From Scenedesmus sp. PABB004 (Eukaryota), in the NCBI GenBank assembly GCA_014905635.1, contig JABVCE010000012.1, positions 682,001 through 746,000 on the forward strand: 64,000 nucleotides of DNA, given 5' to 3'. Of the stretch, positions 40,952-52,725 are shown one piece after another (within the stretch, counting starts at the first letter, position 1; each line of letters begins with the position of its first letter). Below the pieces are notes generated by a model, which worked only from the letters and a program-made list of their open reading frames with translations, did not search any database and was not told the DNA's origin. A program made the position numbers and the translations under genes.

Positions 40952-42192
40952 TCAGAGCAGCTCGACCGGTCCGTCCAGCTGGTTGTCGGCGGCCAGCTGC
41001 CCCAGGTCGGCACCGTCCCACGCCTGCAGGACGAACACGCGAGCAGGGGCGCGTGAGGCGGCAGCCGCGCACTGCGCGGCCGCGCCGTGTGGCGGCGGGG
41101 CGCGCCGGCGTCACCTGCAGCTCCACCGCGGGCCCCCCGTTGCCGCGCACGCTGCAGCCCGCCATGTCCAGCTGCCCGCCGTCCCTCGCAAGCACGCCGG
41201 CCAGGCGGTTGCCGGTGATGGCGCAGTCGCGCAGCAGCGCGCGCCCGCTCCCACCTGCGGAGTGCGGCGGCGCCCGACTGGCCCGGCGCTCGCGCCGCGC
41301 GCAGCTGGCGCCGTCCCGCTCACCGTCCAGGCCGCCAAACACCGCCACTCCCTGTCGCGCGCAGCCGTGCACCGCGCAGCGCGCGAGCGCCAGCTGCGCG
41401 CCCTCCACCGCCACGCCCGCGCCGCTGGTGCTGACGACGTCGCAGCCCTCCATCACCAGCTCGCCGGCCTGGGGGGTTAAGCGCGGCGCGGCGCGGCGCC
41501 TGACGCGAGAGCCGGCCGCGGACGCGCAGCCAGCCCTCCACCGCGTCGCCGCGGCGTGGCGCGCGCCGCGCCGCGCCGCCCGGCCCGGCCCTCAAGCGCC
41601 CCCCCCCCCCTCTTCCTGGCCTGACCTGGACCAGCACGGCGTAGTTGTTCGCGACGCTTTTCGACGAGTGCCGCAGCGCCAGGCCGCGCACGGTCACGCG
41701 CGGCGCGCCGCCGCCGCCCGCCGGCAGCAGCGACAGGCAGTGCACGTACGGCGCCGCCGGGGCCGCCGCGCCGACGACCAGTTCCACCGCCCCGCCCGCG
41801 TCCGCGGGCGCGATGATTGACGCGCTCCGGGTGATCACCAGGGCTTCCTCGTACCGCCCGGGGTCGACGAGCACGACCGCGCCCGGCGGCGCGGCGGCGA
41901 GCGCGGCGCCGATGCTTGCGTGCGCGCGGCCCGGCCCGACGCGCAGCACTGCCGCCGCCGCCGGCTCCGCTGCCGCCTCCGCCGCGGCCGCCGCCAGCTG
42001 CTGCGCCGGCCAGGGCGCGAGCACGGCACCGACGAGCAGCTCCCGCCGGCCCGGGCCGGCGGCGGCGCGGCACTCGCGGCGCTGCTGCTGCTGCGTCCGC
42101 GCCGCGCAGGCGGCGCCAGGGGACGAGCAGCGCGGCAGGGCTTCACGAGCTGCATGGACGCCGGCACGCGCCGGCGCGAGCTGCGCAGCCAT
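40952..42192 (-). CDS. Right-handed beta-helix (pectin-lyase-like fold) protein with a probable plastid/thylakoid targeting presequence; 4 exons
   Basis: VLRVGPG..ASIGAALAAAPPGAVVLVDPGRYEE; repeats 'MEGCDVV..GAGVAV', 'RCAVHGCARQGVAV', 'DCAITGNRLAGV', 'CSVRGNGG'. Presequence has GRRELLVGAVL..AEA. Confidence 0.8.
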
Positions 42193-42419
42193 GGCTGGGC
42201 CGCGACGGGCGCGCCGCGGCGGCTGCTGCGTGTGCGAGCTGCGTGTGCTCCTGCGCCCCCGCTGCGCGGTGGGTGGCCGTGTTGCAGACTTGACAGGCTG
42301 GCCCCAGCGGCGGCGCCGTCGTGTGCTTTCGTGCCACCGCCGCGCCGCGTGCGTTGCCCACCCGCAGCGCGGCGCGCGTGCCGCGCTGCAAAAACCTAGC
42401 GCGCGCGCGCGCTGCGCGC

Positions 42420-45400
42420 TCAGAAGCGGTTGGCCGCCATGTCGGCGCGCAGCCACTCGACGATCGCCTGCGCGCACGGCCGGCGCTCCGGGTCCATCGC
42501 GGTGCACGCGGCAAAGAGCTTGCGCGCGACGGGCGGGCACTTGGCCGGCAGCGCCATCGCCTTGGCGCCGGGGCTGGGCCCGACCTGGCGGCTGATCGAG
42601 AGGGGCTGGTACTCGGTGATGTCCTCGCCCGAGACGAGCTCCCAGATGAGGATGCCGTAGCTCCAGATGTCGGCCTTGATGCTCGCGCGCTCGTGGCGCA
42701 CCACCTGGCGTGCACGGCGCGGCGCGGCGGCGGCAGCGCGCGGCGCGTGCGTGAGCTCACGCACACGAGGCAGCGCGCGGCCGGCCGTGGGCGAGGGCTG
42801 TTGTGGGGCGCCCGGCGCCGCGCGGCGCGGCGCTGCCGGGCGGCGCGGTGCCGCCCAGAGCAGCGCGCACCTCGGGCGCCGCCCAGAGCGGCGTCATCAC
42901 GGGCTGCGCGGTCACGAGGTCGGCGACCTGCGCGCGGACCATGCCGACGTCGGCGATCTTGGCGACGCCCTCCTCGCTGAGCAGCACGTTGGGGCTCTTC
43001 AGGTCGCGGTGCATCATCGGCGGCCGCTGCGCATGCAGGCGCGCAGCGCGCGGCGGCGGCGGCGCGGGCGTTGGCACCCCCTTTGCGCGCGTGCCGCGGG
43101 CGCCGCGCCGCCACCACCGCGCCGGCCGGCGCCCCGGCGGCGCGAGCGGCGCGTCGCGGCGGGCGCGCGCGCCTGCGCGTGCAGGTAGTTGAGCCCCAGC
43201 GCCACGTCGAGCGCGACCTTGCGGCCGAGCCGCTCCCAGCGCATCGTCTCGGCGTGGTGCCGCAGCGCGGTGTAGAGGTCACCTCCCTGCGATGAAAAAT
43301 CGGCGGGCCGTGAGGTGGCCGGCCCGCAGCCGCGCGCGCAGAGCCATCCGCAGGCTGGTGCCCCACTGGGGCTGGTGCCGCCCAGCCGCCCTCCCTGGCC
43401 ATGCTGTGCTGCCTGCTGCCCTCATCCCCAGCCCCAGCACCAGCGCCCAGCGCCCCGGCGCCGCGCCTTCATGAGCTCCGTCACGAAGAACATGCTGCCC
43501 GGCTCGAGGCAGGCGCCGTAGAACTGCACGATGTTGCGGTGGTGCAGCGCCGCGAGCGTCTGCACCTCCTTCAGGAACAGCTCCAGCTCCTTGCGGCTCG
43601 GCGAGTCGGCCTGCGCGCGCGCGCGGCAGGCGCGGCGGGGCTCGGCTGCCGCGCGCCCCCCGGCGCGGCGCCCTGCGCGCTGCCGCCGGGTACGGGAGCC
43701 CCGCGGTTTGACCGCGGTTTGACCGCGGTTTGACCGTGCTCACCTTGACCAGCTTGACCGCGACCTCGTCCACGCCGTTCATGACCGCCTTGTACACCAC
43801 GCCAAACCCGCCCTCGCCCAGGCGGCACTTGCGGCCCTCGCCGCTCCTGCGCGGGCGCGCCGCGGCACAGCGGCGGCGCGGCGGCGGCAGGCGTGAGGCC
43901 CGGCGCGGCGGCGCGGCGGCGCGGCGTGGGGCGCATGGTGTGGGGGAGCGTCAGGGCGGGCGCGAGGCGGAGCGGACCTGCAGATCTCGATGTCGCTCTT
44001 GCGCATGAGCAGGCCGTGCAGGTTGTCGTACGTCGACGACAACAGGTCGTCCGCGTCGGCCGCGGTCGCCGCGGCCGCGGCGGACGCCGCCGCGGCGCCC
44101 GCGCCGGCGAGCGGCTTGTCGGGCGAGCGCGCGGGCGGCGGCGGCGGCGGCGACGCGGCGGCGGCGGCCGGCGCGCCGGCGCCATCGGCGGGCGGTGCCG
44201 CTGGGGGTTGCTGGGGCTGCTGCGGCGGTGCCGGCTGCTGCTGCTGCTGCGGCTGCTGCTGCTGCTGCGCCTGCTGCGCAGGCTGCTGCTGCTGCTGCTG
44301 CTTGGGCGCCGGCCGCTGCGCGGGCGAGGCCGCCGCGCCGCCCGCTGCCGCAGGCTCCCCGGGCGGCTGCGCCACAGGCTGCGGGTCCGGCTGCTGCGGC
44401 TGGCGCTGCTGCTCTCCGGGCTGCTGCTCGCCCACGGCGCCGACCTGCGACGGCTTCCGGCCAGCCGCCGGCCGCTGCCGCTGCACCACCAGCGCGCCCA
44501 CGCCGCCGGCCTGGGCGGCGGCGGAGGGCTGCGCCGCAGGCGCTGCGCGGCCGCGCGGCCCGGCCGCGGGCGGCTGGCCGGCCTGCGGCGCAGGGCTCGG
44601 GCTGCGCGCCGCGGCTGGTGCCGCATCGCCGCCGGCCGCGCAGGCCGCGCCCGCCGCGGGCCCCGCGCTCGCCCGGCCGCCTGGCGCCGCCTGCTGCTTG
44701 CCGCCGGCGCCGCCGTCGCCGGACGCCGGCCGCCGCGGCAGCTTGGACACCTTTGCCGCGGGCTGCGGCTGCGGCGGCGGCTGCTGGCGGGGGCTGGCCA
44801 GGGCGCCTGGCTGCTGCTGCTGCTGTGCCGCGAGTGGGCTCCCGCCCGCCGCATCGTCGAGCGGCGGCAGCCCCTCGGGCGGCCCGGACGGCGCGCGCAG
44901 CGCCGAGACGCCCTTGCCGCCGCCGGCCTTGGCGCTCGGACTGACCGCGGCGGCGTTGAACTTGCTGGTCGCCGCGGCGACGATGCCAGCGCTGATGCCC
45001 AGGCTGCTCGCCCGGCCCGCCGGCGCTGCCGCCCTGCCGGGGCTGGCCGCGCTGCCGGCGCGATGCGGCGACGCTGGCGCTGCCGCCGACGCCGGGCTGC
45101 CGCCGCCGTCCGCTGCTGCCGGCGCCCCTGCCGCGGCGCCCCTGCTAGGGCTGCTGGGCTGGCCGCCCCTGCCAGCCGGCGGGGGGCTGCCGGCCGCCGG
45201 CGCGTCCCGCAAGGCGGCGAGGGGCGGCGCCGCCGCCGCGCCGGCCTCCCTGCCGCCGGCGCCGCGCAGCGGGCTCAGCGCGCGGATGGCCTCCGCGCGC
45301 TCCGCGCCCGCCGCCGCCGCCGCCGGCCCGCCGGCTGCCGGCGGCTCGCCCTTGGAGATCGAGCGCTCCAGGATGGCCGCGGCGGGCTCGGACAGGAGCT

Positions 45401-48144
45401 CCATCACGCGCGCGGCCTGCGCCGCGACCGCCGCGTCGTCGCTGCGGTACAGGCCCAGCAGCACCGGCACGACGCCGCCCTTGAGCAGCGCCTCCTGGTG
45501 CCCCGCGCTGCCCGCGAGGCGCACCAGCAGCTTGAGCAGCGCCGGCACGAGCACGCGCGGGCCGTGCTGCAGGCGCGACACGAGCAGCCGCAGCCCGCCT
45601 GCGCGGCGGCGGCAGCGGCACGGGGCAGTGTTGGCCGTCGGCAGCGCGCGCTGGCGGCTGCTGCTCAGATCGGGTCAGCTCAGCTCAGCTCGGCGTGGCT
45701 CGGCGCAGCTCAGCTCAGCTCAGCTCAGCGCACCTGGGTAGTCCCTCACGCCGTCCAGCACCGCGGCGTCCGCGCGCGACACGGCGACCAGCACCTCGAG
45801 CGCCCGCAGTGCGCCGCTCACGTCGGGTCCGCCCGCAGCCGCCGCCGCGAGGTCCGCCCGGCTGCTGAGGCTCGCGATGAGCACGCCGCGCGCCGCCGGC
45901 GCGTCGCCCGCCGCGGTGTCGCCCGCCGGCGCCAGCGGCACGCCCTCAATGATCTGCATGAGGTGCGCCGCGCACTGCTGCGTGGGGAAGGTCGCCAGCG
46001 CCGCCTCGCTCGCCGCCAGGGCCGCCAGCACCTTCATCACGCCGCGCTGCGCACTGCCCGCCAGCTCCGGCGCCGCCTGCAGCAGCTTCAGCGCAAAGCC
46101 TGCGCGACGGACGGGGGACGGCGGTGAGCGGCGGCGAACGGCGCCGGGTGGGCCGCCGGCTGCCGCCGCGCCCGGCCGGCGCGGGCAGGCTGCGCTGGCC
46201 GTGCGGCCGCCGCGCACCCGGCTCGGCCATGCGCTGCAGCAGCGCGGCGTCGTCGCTCATGCGGCCGAGCGCGCGCGCCGCCGCGCGCCGGCTCGCTGCG
46301 CTGTTGCTCGCGCCCAGCATCTCCAGCAGTGACCCGAGGCCGCCCAGGTCCGCCAGCTCCCTGCGGGCGGCGGGTCGGGGCGCGCGGCGGGGGCGTGGGG
46401 CGGGCGGGCACACAGCGCCGCGGCGGCCGGCCCCGGCAGCCTGCGCGCCGTGCGCACCTGCACGCGGCGGGGTCGTCTGCCGCGAGCTGCTCCACCGCCG
46501 CCGCGGCCTGCTCGCGCAGGCGCCGGTCGCGCCCGCAGGCCAGCGCCTCGCACAGCTGCTTCACGTCCTCCACCTCCTCCTCCTCCTGAGCCTCGCAGGC
46601 GGCAGGCGCATGCGCCGCGGGCGCGGCGCAGCTCGCCGCCGCCGCCGCCGCCGCTGCACTGCAGCCGGCCTGCGCCGCCGCGGCAGCGTCTGCGGCGCCC
46701 GCCGCCGCGGCCGCGGCCAGCGCGGCCGCCCGTGCTGCGGCGCCGCCCGCGGCTGGCGGCGCCGGCGCCGCCGCCGTGTTGAGCTGGCTGGCCGCGCCGT
46801 TGCCAACGAGGTCGCGCGCGCTGCTGGCCGCCAGCGCCTCCCAGAGGTCGGGGTTGTCGTGCAGCCGCTGCAGCGCGCGCGCGGCGCTCGCCTGCGACGC
46901 GCGGCCGGGCGCGCGGGCCTGTGAGGCGCGCGCTGCCGTGCGGGGGGGCCCGCCGCCGGCGCCGCCGCCGCCGCACCGCACCTTGGTGCGCGAGGTGAGG
47001 CCGCCGTGCACCAGGCCCGCGAGGACCTCAATGCCGCCGAGCTCCACCAGCATGCGCCCGCACCCCGCGTTCCTGCGCGCGCGCGGGCTGCAGGCTCAGC
47101 ACGCGCAGCATGGGGCGGCCGCGCCGCTGCGAGCGCCGCCGCTGCGAGCGTCGGCGCGAGCGTGCGGTCGCCCCCTCGCCCGTGCTGCGCACACCGCGCT
47201 CACCTGCAGAGCACCTTGAGCACGTCTGTCGCCTCGGCCTGCACGTCGGCGCCGTCGCTGCGCGCGAGCGCGAGCAGGTGCGGCAGCGCGCCCGCCGCGC
47301 CGATCGCGGCCTGCAGGGCGTCCTTGTCGGCGCCGATGAAGTACAGCGCGATGAGGCAGCGCCGCACTAGGCTGCCGTCGGGGCGGCCGAGCAGCGCGAC
47401 GATCGGGCGCAGCCCGCCCGCGGCGACGATGTCGGCCGCCGCGGCGTCGTTGCGCGCGAGGCGGCCGAGCGCGCGCATCGCGCCCTTCTTGCACACGAGC
47501 AGGGGGCAGGCGCCGAGGATGGCGATGAGCGCGGGCACCGCGCCGAACGCCAGCATCTGCTCCAGCGCCTCCTCGATCGACGTGAGCGAGCTGAGCGTGT
47601 AGGCGGCGTACATCTTGCCGTGGTCGCTCGCGCCCTCGCCCAGCAGGCGCACGAGCAGGCCGACCACGCCCGCCGCGGTCGCGCGCTGCCGCGCGGCGTC
47701 GCTCTCGGCGGTGAAGTTGAAGAGCGCCTCCGCCGCCGCGGCGGCCTGCTCGGGGCTGCCGCCGCCGAGCGCGGCGAGCAGCGCGGGCAGCGGCACCTCG
47801 GCGCCGAGCGCGCCCGGCTCGCCGCCGCTGCGCGGGTGGCTGGCGAGGTCGGCCACCTGCGACACCGTGGGCGGCGGCCCGCCGCCGTGCTGCAGCAGGG
47901 CCGCGAGCGGCGCCGGCTTGCCGTGGCCGGGCGCCGCGCTCGCCGCCGCCATCAGCGCGCCAGCGCCGGCGCCGCCGGGGAGGCGCAGCTCGGAGAGCAT
48001 GGACAGGCCCGTCTTGTCGGTGGCCAGCAGCGCGGCCAGCCGGCCGCACTCGAGCTCGCCAAGGCAGAGGCAGTCCGCCAGCTCGCCATCCTGGCGCGCC
48101 TGGCCGAAGAACTTGCGTATCTTGTCCGTGAGCTTGAGCTTCAT
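42420..48144 (-). CDS. Armadillo-repeat + TKL/Raf-like protein kinase; multi-exon
   Basis: N-terminal ARM repeats (AGVVGLLVRLL, FGAVPALIAIL, AGGLRPIVALL, AGALPHLLAL, GGVVPVLLGL), a Q/P/A-rich linker, then kinase motifs LGEGGFG, VAVKL, HRNIVQFYG, HRDLKSPN, ADVG, WAAPE, DIWSYG. Confidence 0.9.
45676..45728 (+). repeat. (CAGCT)n pentamer repeat at the 5' end of a kinase intron
   Basis: cagctcagctcagct...cagctcagctcagctcagctcagc. Confidence 0.85.
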
Positions 48145-48808
48145 GGCGTCCCGCAGCTCACCGGCCGCCGCACGGGGCGCGAGCGGCGCGCGGCGCGGCA
48201 GAGGGGGGCGCCATTGACTGCGAGTGCAGTAGGACAAACGCCGCGTCCCGACGCGGCCCGGCGTGCTGCTGCGAGATCTGATTCGGTTAGAGGGACTGAT
48301 GTTGATGCTGCTGTGCTGCGCGGGGGTGGCAACCAAGCCGCGGTGCGCGGGGCGCGAGCGGGGCGGCAGTCGCAAAGCCGGCCCCTCAGGCGGGCCCGAC
48401 GCGATGCTGGGACTCGACGAGATGTCCTGAAGACGCGACACCAGCTCACGCGCCGCGGACTGGCCTGCTCCGGCGGCGCCCGCGGCAGCGGTGCCGTCCG
48501 GCAGCGGCGGCGGGCGCGCGGGGCGAGCAGCGGCGGCGGCGGGCGCAACAGTCGGTCACGCGCGCGCCGGGCCTCGCCAGGCCGACCCCGGCGGACGCGC
48601 GCCAGCGCGGCGGGGGTGCTGCCACCCCAGGGGGCGAGCGCGCGCGGCCGGCCGCCGGCCGCCCGCGCGGGCTGCTGCCGCCGGCGCGGCGCGTGCTGCC
48701 CGCACGCCGCCGCCCGCGCGCCGCGTCACGCAGCGCGAGCAACGGTGCCTGGCGACACGCGCCGGGGCTGGAGGCGCGCCACACGCACGGCTTCCGGCGG
48801 CGCCCGCG

Positions 48809-48831
48809 GGAGCATCCAGAAAACTCTGGAG
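48809..48831 (+). promoter_or_regulatory. Putative heat-shock element (degenerate alternating nGAAn/nTTCn)
   Basis: GGAgcATCcaGAAaaCTCtgGAG about 170 bp upstream of the HSP20 ATG, followed by a TATA-like TACATA at 48851. Mirror copy at 54380-54402. Confidence 0.55.
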
Positions 48832-49002
48832 CGCCGCCCGCCGGCCAGGGTACATAGCCCCGGGCCGCCCGCCACTTTCGTCGACCTCTCCAGTGCTGTC
48901 ACAGCTCTCGAGCGACCCACGCGCGCACTCTCACGCACGCCAGCGCCCGTTCTCCGTGAGCGACTGCTGTCGAAAGCCCCCACCCTCCGCACAAGCACCT
49001 CC

Positions 49003-49931
49003 ATGGCCCTGTCCACCTACTTCGGCGGCGACCCGATGTTCGGCCAGCTGGAGCGCGCCATGGACCGCGCCTTCGAGCGCGCGCTGGGCGGCCGCGGCGG
49101 CGACGTGATGGCCGCCTTCATGCCCACCCTCACCGGCCCCAGCGGCGCGGGTGGCCACCCCATGGTGAGTGTCGCGCTGCTGCCGGCCTGGAGCCCGCCC
49201 CGCAGCCCGCCCGCAGCAGCACCGCGGCGCCGGGCGCGGCGCGAGCGGGCAGCGATCGCCGCAAGCGCCCCGGCTGCCGCCGCGGCAGCGCGAGCCCGCC
49301 GCACGGCGCGTCGCACCCGCGCTGCGCGGATGAGCCAACCGCGCCTGCGCCCGCGCCGCTGGCCGCGCGGCACCGGCCGGGCGGGCACCGGAAGCTTCTC
49401 GCAGCTCGCTGGCATTGACCGCGCGACGCCGCGCCCGACCGCTGACGCCGCCGCCGCTGCTGTCGCCGCGCCTGCCCTGCAGGACATCATCGAGACCAAG
49501 GACGCGTTCGAGCTGCACACCGACGCGCCAGGCTTTACGCCGGACGACATCAGCGTGCAGATGCACGAGGGCGTGCTCACCATCAGCGGCAACCGCAAGG
49601 AGGAGCGCGTGGAGAAGGACGGCGACAAGGTGAGCGCCTGGGCGGCGTGCCGCCCGCCGCTTCTGTGCGGGCTCGCGCGCCGGCGCGCGCGCCGCCCGCG
49701 ACCTGCCGCCGACGGCACGCGCGCGCCCGCACCCGCGCCCGCGCGCCCCCGCAGGTCGTGCGCCGCGAGCGGCACTTCAGCCAGTTCAGCCGCTCCTTCA
49801 CGCTGCCGGACAACGTCAAGGAGGAGGGCATCAGCGCCAGCCTGGACAAGGGCGTGCTGCGCGTGAGCGTGCCCAAGACCGAGCCCGCGCCCAAGCCCGA
49901 GCCCAAGCGCATCACCGTCACCGGCGCGTGA
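49003..49931 (+). CDS. HSP20: Small heat-shock protein (HSP20/alpha-crystallin), copy 1; exons 49003-49164, 49483-49629, 49755-49931
   Basis: MALSTYFGGDPMF..GHPM|DIIETKDAFELHTDAPGFTPDDISVQMHEGVLTISGNRK..|VVRRERHFSQFSRSFTLPDNVKEEGISASLDKGVLRVSVPK..KRITV. Confidence 0.97.
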
Positions 49932-50762
49932 GGGCTCCGTCGGCCCCCCGGCCACCACATCTGTCTGCACTTGCCACCTGCACCCCCGCGTTGTGTGTGC
50001 ACCACATGCGTCGCCATGCTTGGAATCACCGCGCGCTGGCCTGCTGCCGCAGCGGCCGCGCGCAGCCACGCGTGCCATCTGCAGCCCTCAGCTGGGATCA
50101 CGGCGTGCTTGCCAGTCGCGCCAGGTCGGTCGGCGTGTGTGCGCGCCCTGTGCGCGCGACCAGCATCAGCACTGTACGCGCGTGCCTGCACAGCTGCTGC
50201 ACAGCCTGCGGCGGCTGGCCCCGGCAAACGGCGCGTGTGCGGGAGGACCGCGTGAGGATTGAGTGAGCGAGCGAGGCGGGCGGAACGGGCATTGCGCGGA
50301 ACGCCGGCGCCGCCGCTGATCATGATGCTGCGGGAGTTGTTCGGCGATTGGTTGGTGGAGAACCCCCTGTTGGGACCTGGCCGGGAGCTGGTAACGAGTG
50401 GTTACCGCCGCCACCCACGCGCCCGCCAGCTCCCCCACCGCGTCGCCCGCCGCGTCGCTGCCGGTCAACGCCCGGCCGCGCTCGCAGGCGTTCGCGCGCG
50501 CGTGCGCCAGAAATGCCTGAGATTGTGAGGGAGGTTGCCGATCCGACCGGCTCTCGGCGCAGCTGGTCAACGCTCGTTGTTGAGCTGGTCTGTTATTCGT
50601 CGGTCGCCGCTGTCGCCGAGCCCGCTCCGCTCATGCGCGGCGCCAGCGCGCTGTCCGCCGCGCCCACTGTCTCGCCCGCGCATCCTTCAGCCTCTCAGCG
50701 CACGCACGCACGCGCAGCGCAGCAGGCCGCGCCCAGGGGCGACTGCAGTCGCGACCAGGGCA

Positions 50763-52546
50763 ATGCCGCCCGCAGCCAAGCGCCCGCGGGCGGCTCTCGA
50801 CGCCGGCGTGGCGCTGGACGCGGCTCAGTTCGCTGGTTCCGACTGGCTGGCGGACTGCACGATCGTCCTGCGGGAGGTGTCGGGCGGCGTTGTGGGCGAT
50901 GCGACGTCGCCCGGGGAGCGCGTCCTGCGCCTGCCGGGCCATGCGCTCATCCTGGCCGCCAACAGCGAGGTCTTTGCGAGCCAGGTGCGGCGCGCGGGCT
51001 GAATCGGGTGCCGGCCGCCGGGGTCGGCGGCGCAGCGCAGCACGCGGCGTAGTGCCTGCGGCGCGGCGGGCGGCGCGAGCAACAACGCAGCCCCGCAGCC
51101 GCTGATGCGGGCGGCGCGAGCAGCAACGCAGCCCCGCAGCCGCTGATCCGCCGCGTCCGCTTGCCCGAAACCTCTGCCGGTCCGCAGCTCTCGCGCTGGA
51201 GCGGCGCGGCGCGAGAGGTGCAGCTGCTGCTGCCGCCCGGCGCGCTCGGCGTCGGCCGCCTCCTCGTGCGCTGCCTCTACGAGGCCGCGCCGCCGCTGGC
51301 GACCGCCAGCCAGGCGGACCTGGTGCTCTTGCTGAAGCTGGCCGACCAGCATGGCGTGTCGCGCGCCGCGCGCGCGGCGAGCGCCGCGCTCGCCGCGCTG
51401 CCGGCCGCCGAGCTCGAGTGGGAGACCGTGCTCGCGGCCTTCTCGCTGCCGCCCGGCTGCCCCGAGCTGCCCGCGTTCGCGCCGCTCTTCTCAGCGGCGC
51501 GCGCCGCGCTCGCGGCGGAGCTGGGCGACCTGGAGGAGGTCTGGGGCGCCGGCGGCGACGCGGCCGCCGCGCGGCTGCTCGCGCTGCCCGCGGCGGGCCT
51601 CGCGGCGCTGCTGGCCGACCCGCGCACGCGCGTGGCGAGCGAGAACACGGTGCTCTACACCATCCAGCGCTGGGCCGACGCGCGGCGCGGGGAGGCGCCC
51701 GGCGGGGCGGGCGCGCCCTTCGCGCGGGAGCTCGCGGCGCTGGCGGCGCACGTGCGCCTGCCGCAGTGCAGCAGCCGCTACCTGGGCGGCGCGCTGGCGG
51801 GCCTGCCCGACGTGGCCCGCTGCTTCAGCGCCGCGGAGCTCGCGGCCGCGGCGGCGCTCTGCAGCGCGCCCGCGCCCGGCGCGCGGCGCTGCGCGTGCTA
51901 CCAGCGGCGCAGCCTGGTCCCCGAGCCGGGCTGCGCGGCGTGCGCCGGCGCCGCGGCGCGCGACGACCGGCCGCAGGCCCTGCTGCTGCGCCACCGCCGC
52001 ATCGCGGCGGGGCGCCCCGCGTGGGCGCTGGGCACGCGGCCGAGCTCGGCGCGCGCGGCCGCCTCCGTGAGCTGGGCGCTGCCGGTCGCGCAGCTCGCGG
52101 CGGCCGTGGACGCGGCGCTCGGCGCGCCCGCCGGCTGCCGGCCGGCGCGCACCTGCGCGAGCGCGCCGGTCGCGTGGGCGGGGCGCACCTTCAGCCTGCA
52201 GCTCGCGGTCTGCGCGGGGGGCGTGGTGTCGCTGGCGATCGCCGCCGCCGGCGGCCCGCCCGATGCAGTGTGCAGCGTCGCGGCCAGCGTGAGCGCGCTG
52301 GCGGCGGCCACCGCGACCGACTGGGACGGCGGCCGGCCCAGCCTCGTGCTGTCACTGGAGCTGACGCAGCACACGGGCGCGGTGGAGGTGGCCGCTGCCA
52401 AGCCGCTGCTGCTGGCCGACGCGCTGGGCCTGGGACCCGTGGCGAGCGGTGCCGAGGCGGAGCGCAAGCTGCGCGAGGCGGGGCTGCTGCACGGCGAGGG
52501 CGGCTGCCTGCAGCTGCAGGCGGAGCTGCGGCCGCTCGTGGTGTGA
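50763..52546 (+). CDS. BTB/POZ-BACK domain protein (exons 50763-50984 and 51188-52546) in the palindrome spacer
   Basis: ADCTIVL..RLPGHALILAANSEVF..|..LVRCLYE..LLLKLADQHGV; BACK-like LLALP..L..LL..P..RVASENTVLYTIQRW..HVRLPQ. Confidence 0.85.
51066..51147 (+). repeat. 41-bp tandem duplication inside the BTB intron
   Basis: gcgggcggcgcgagca(a/g)caacgcagccccgcagccgctgat, two copies. Confidence 0.9.
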
Positions 52547-52725
52547 GCGGGGCGCGGACGGCAGGCGGCTGCAGACAGCCGGCGGCTTTTTGAGGGCTGA
52601 GGACTCGACCCCACTTGACAGCAGGCGCTGACGTTGTGTTGTGGGCGCTACGTGACGGGAGGCGGTTGACGCTGACAGGGTGGCACGCAGGATGGGCATC
52701 ATTGGCCTGTACGAACACACGCGGG

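Larger units (their letters stand above)
48482..50489 (+). repeat. Left arm (about 2.0 kb) of a large inverted repeat
   Basis: Reverse complement of 52726-54729. Mirror ORFs have identical translations and a constant coordinate sum of 103211 (e.g. 49017..50078 and 53133..54194). Confidence 0.97.
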
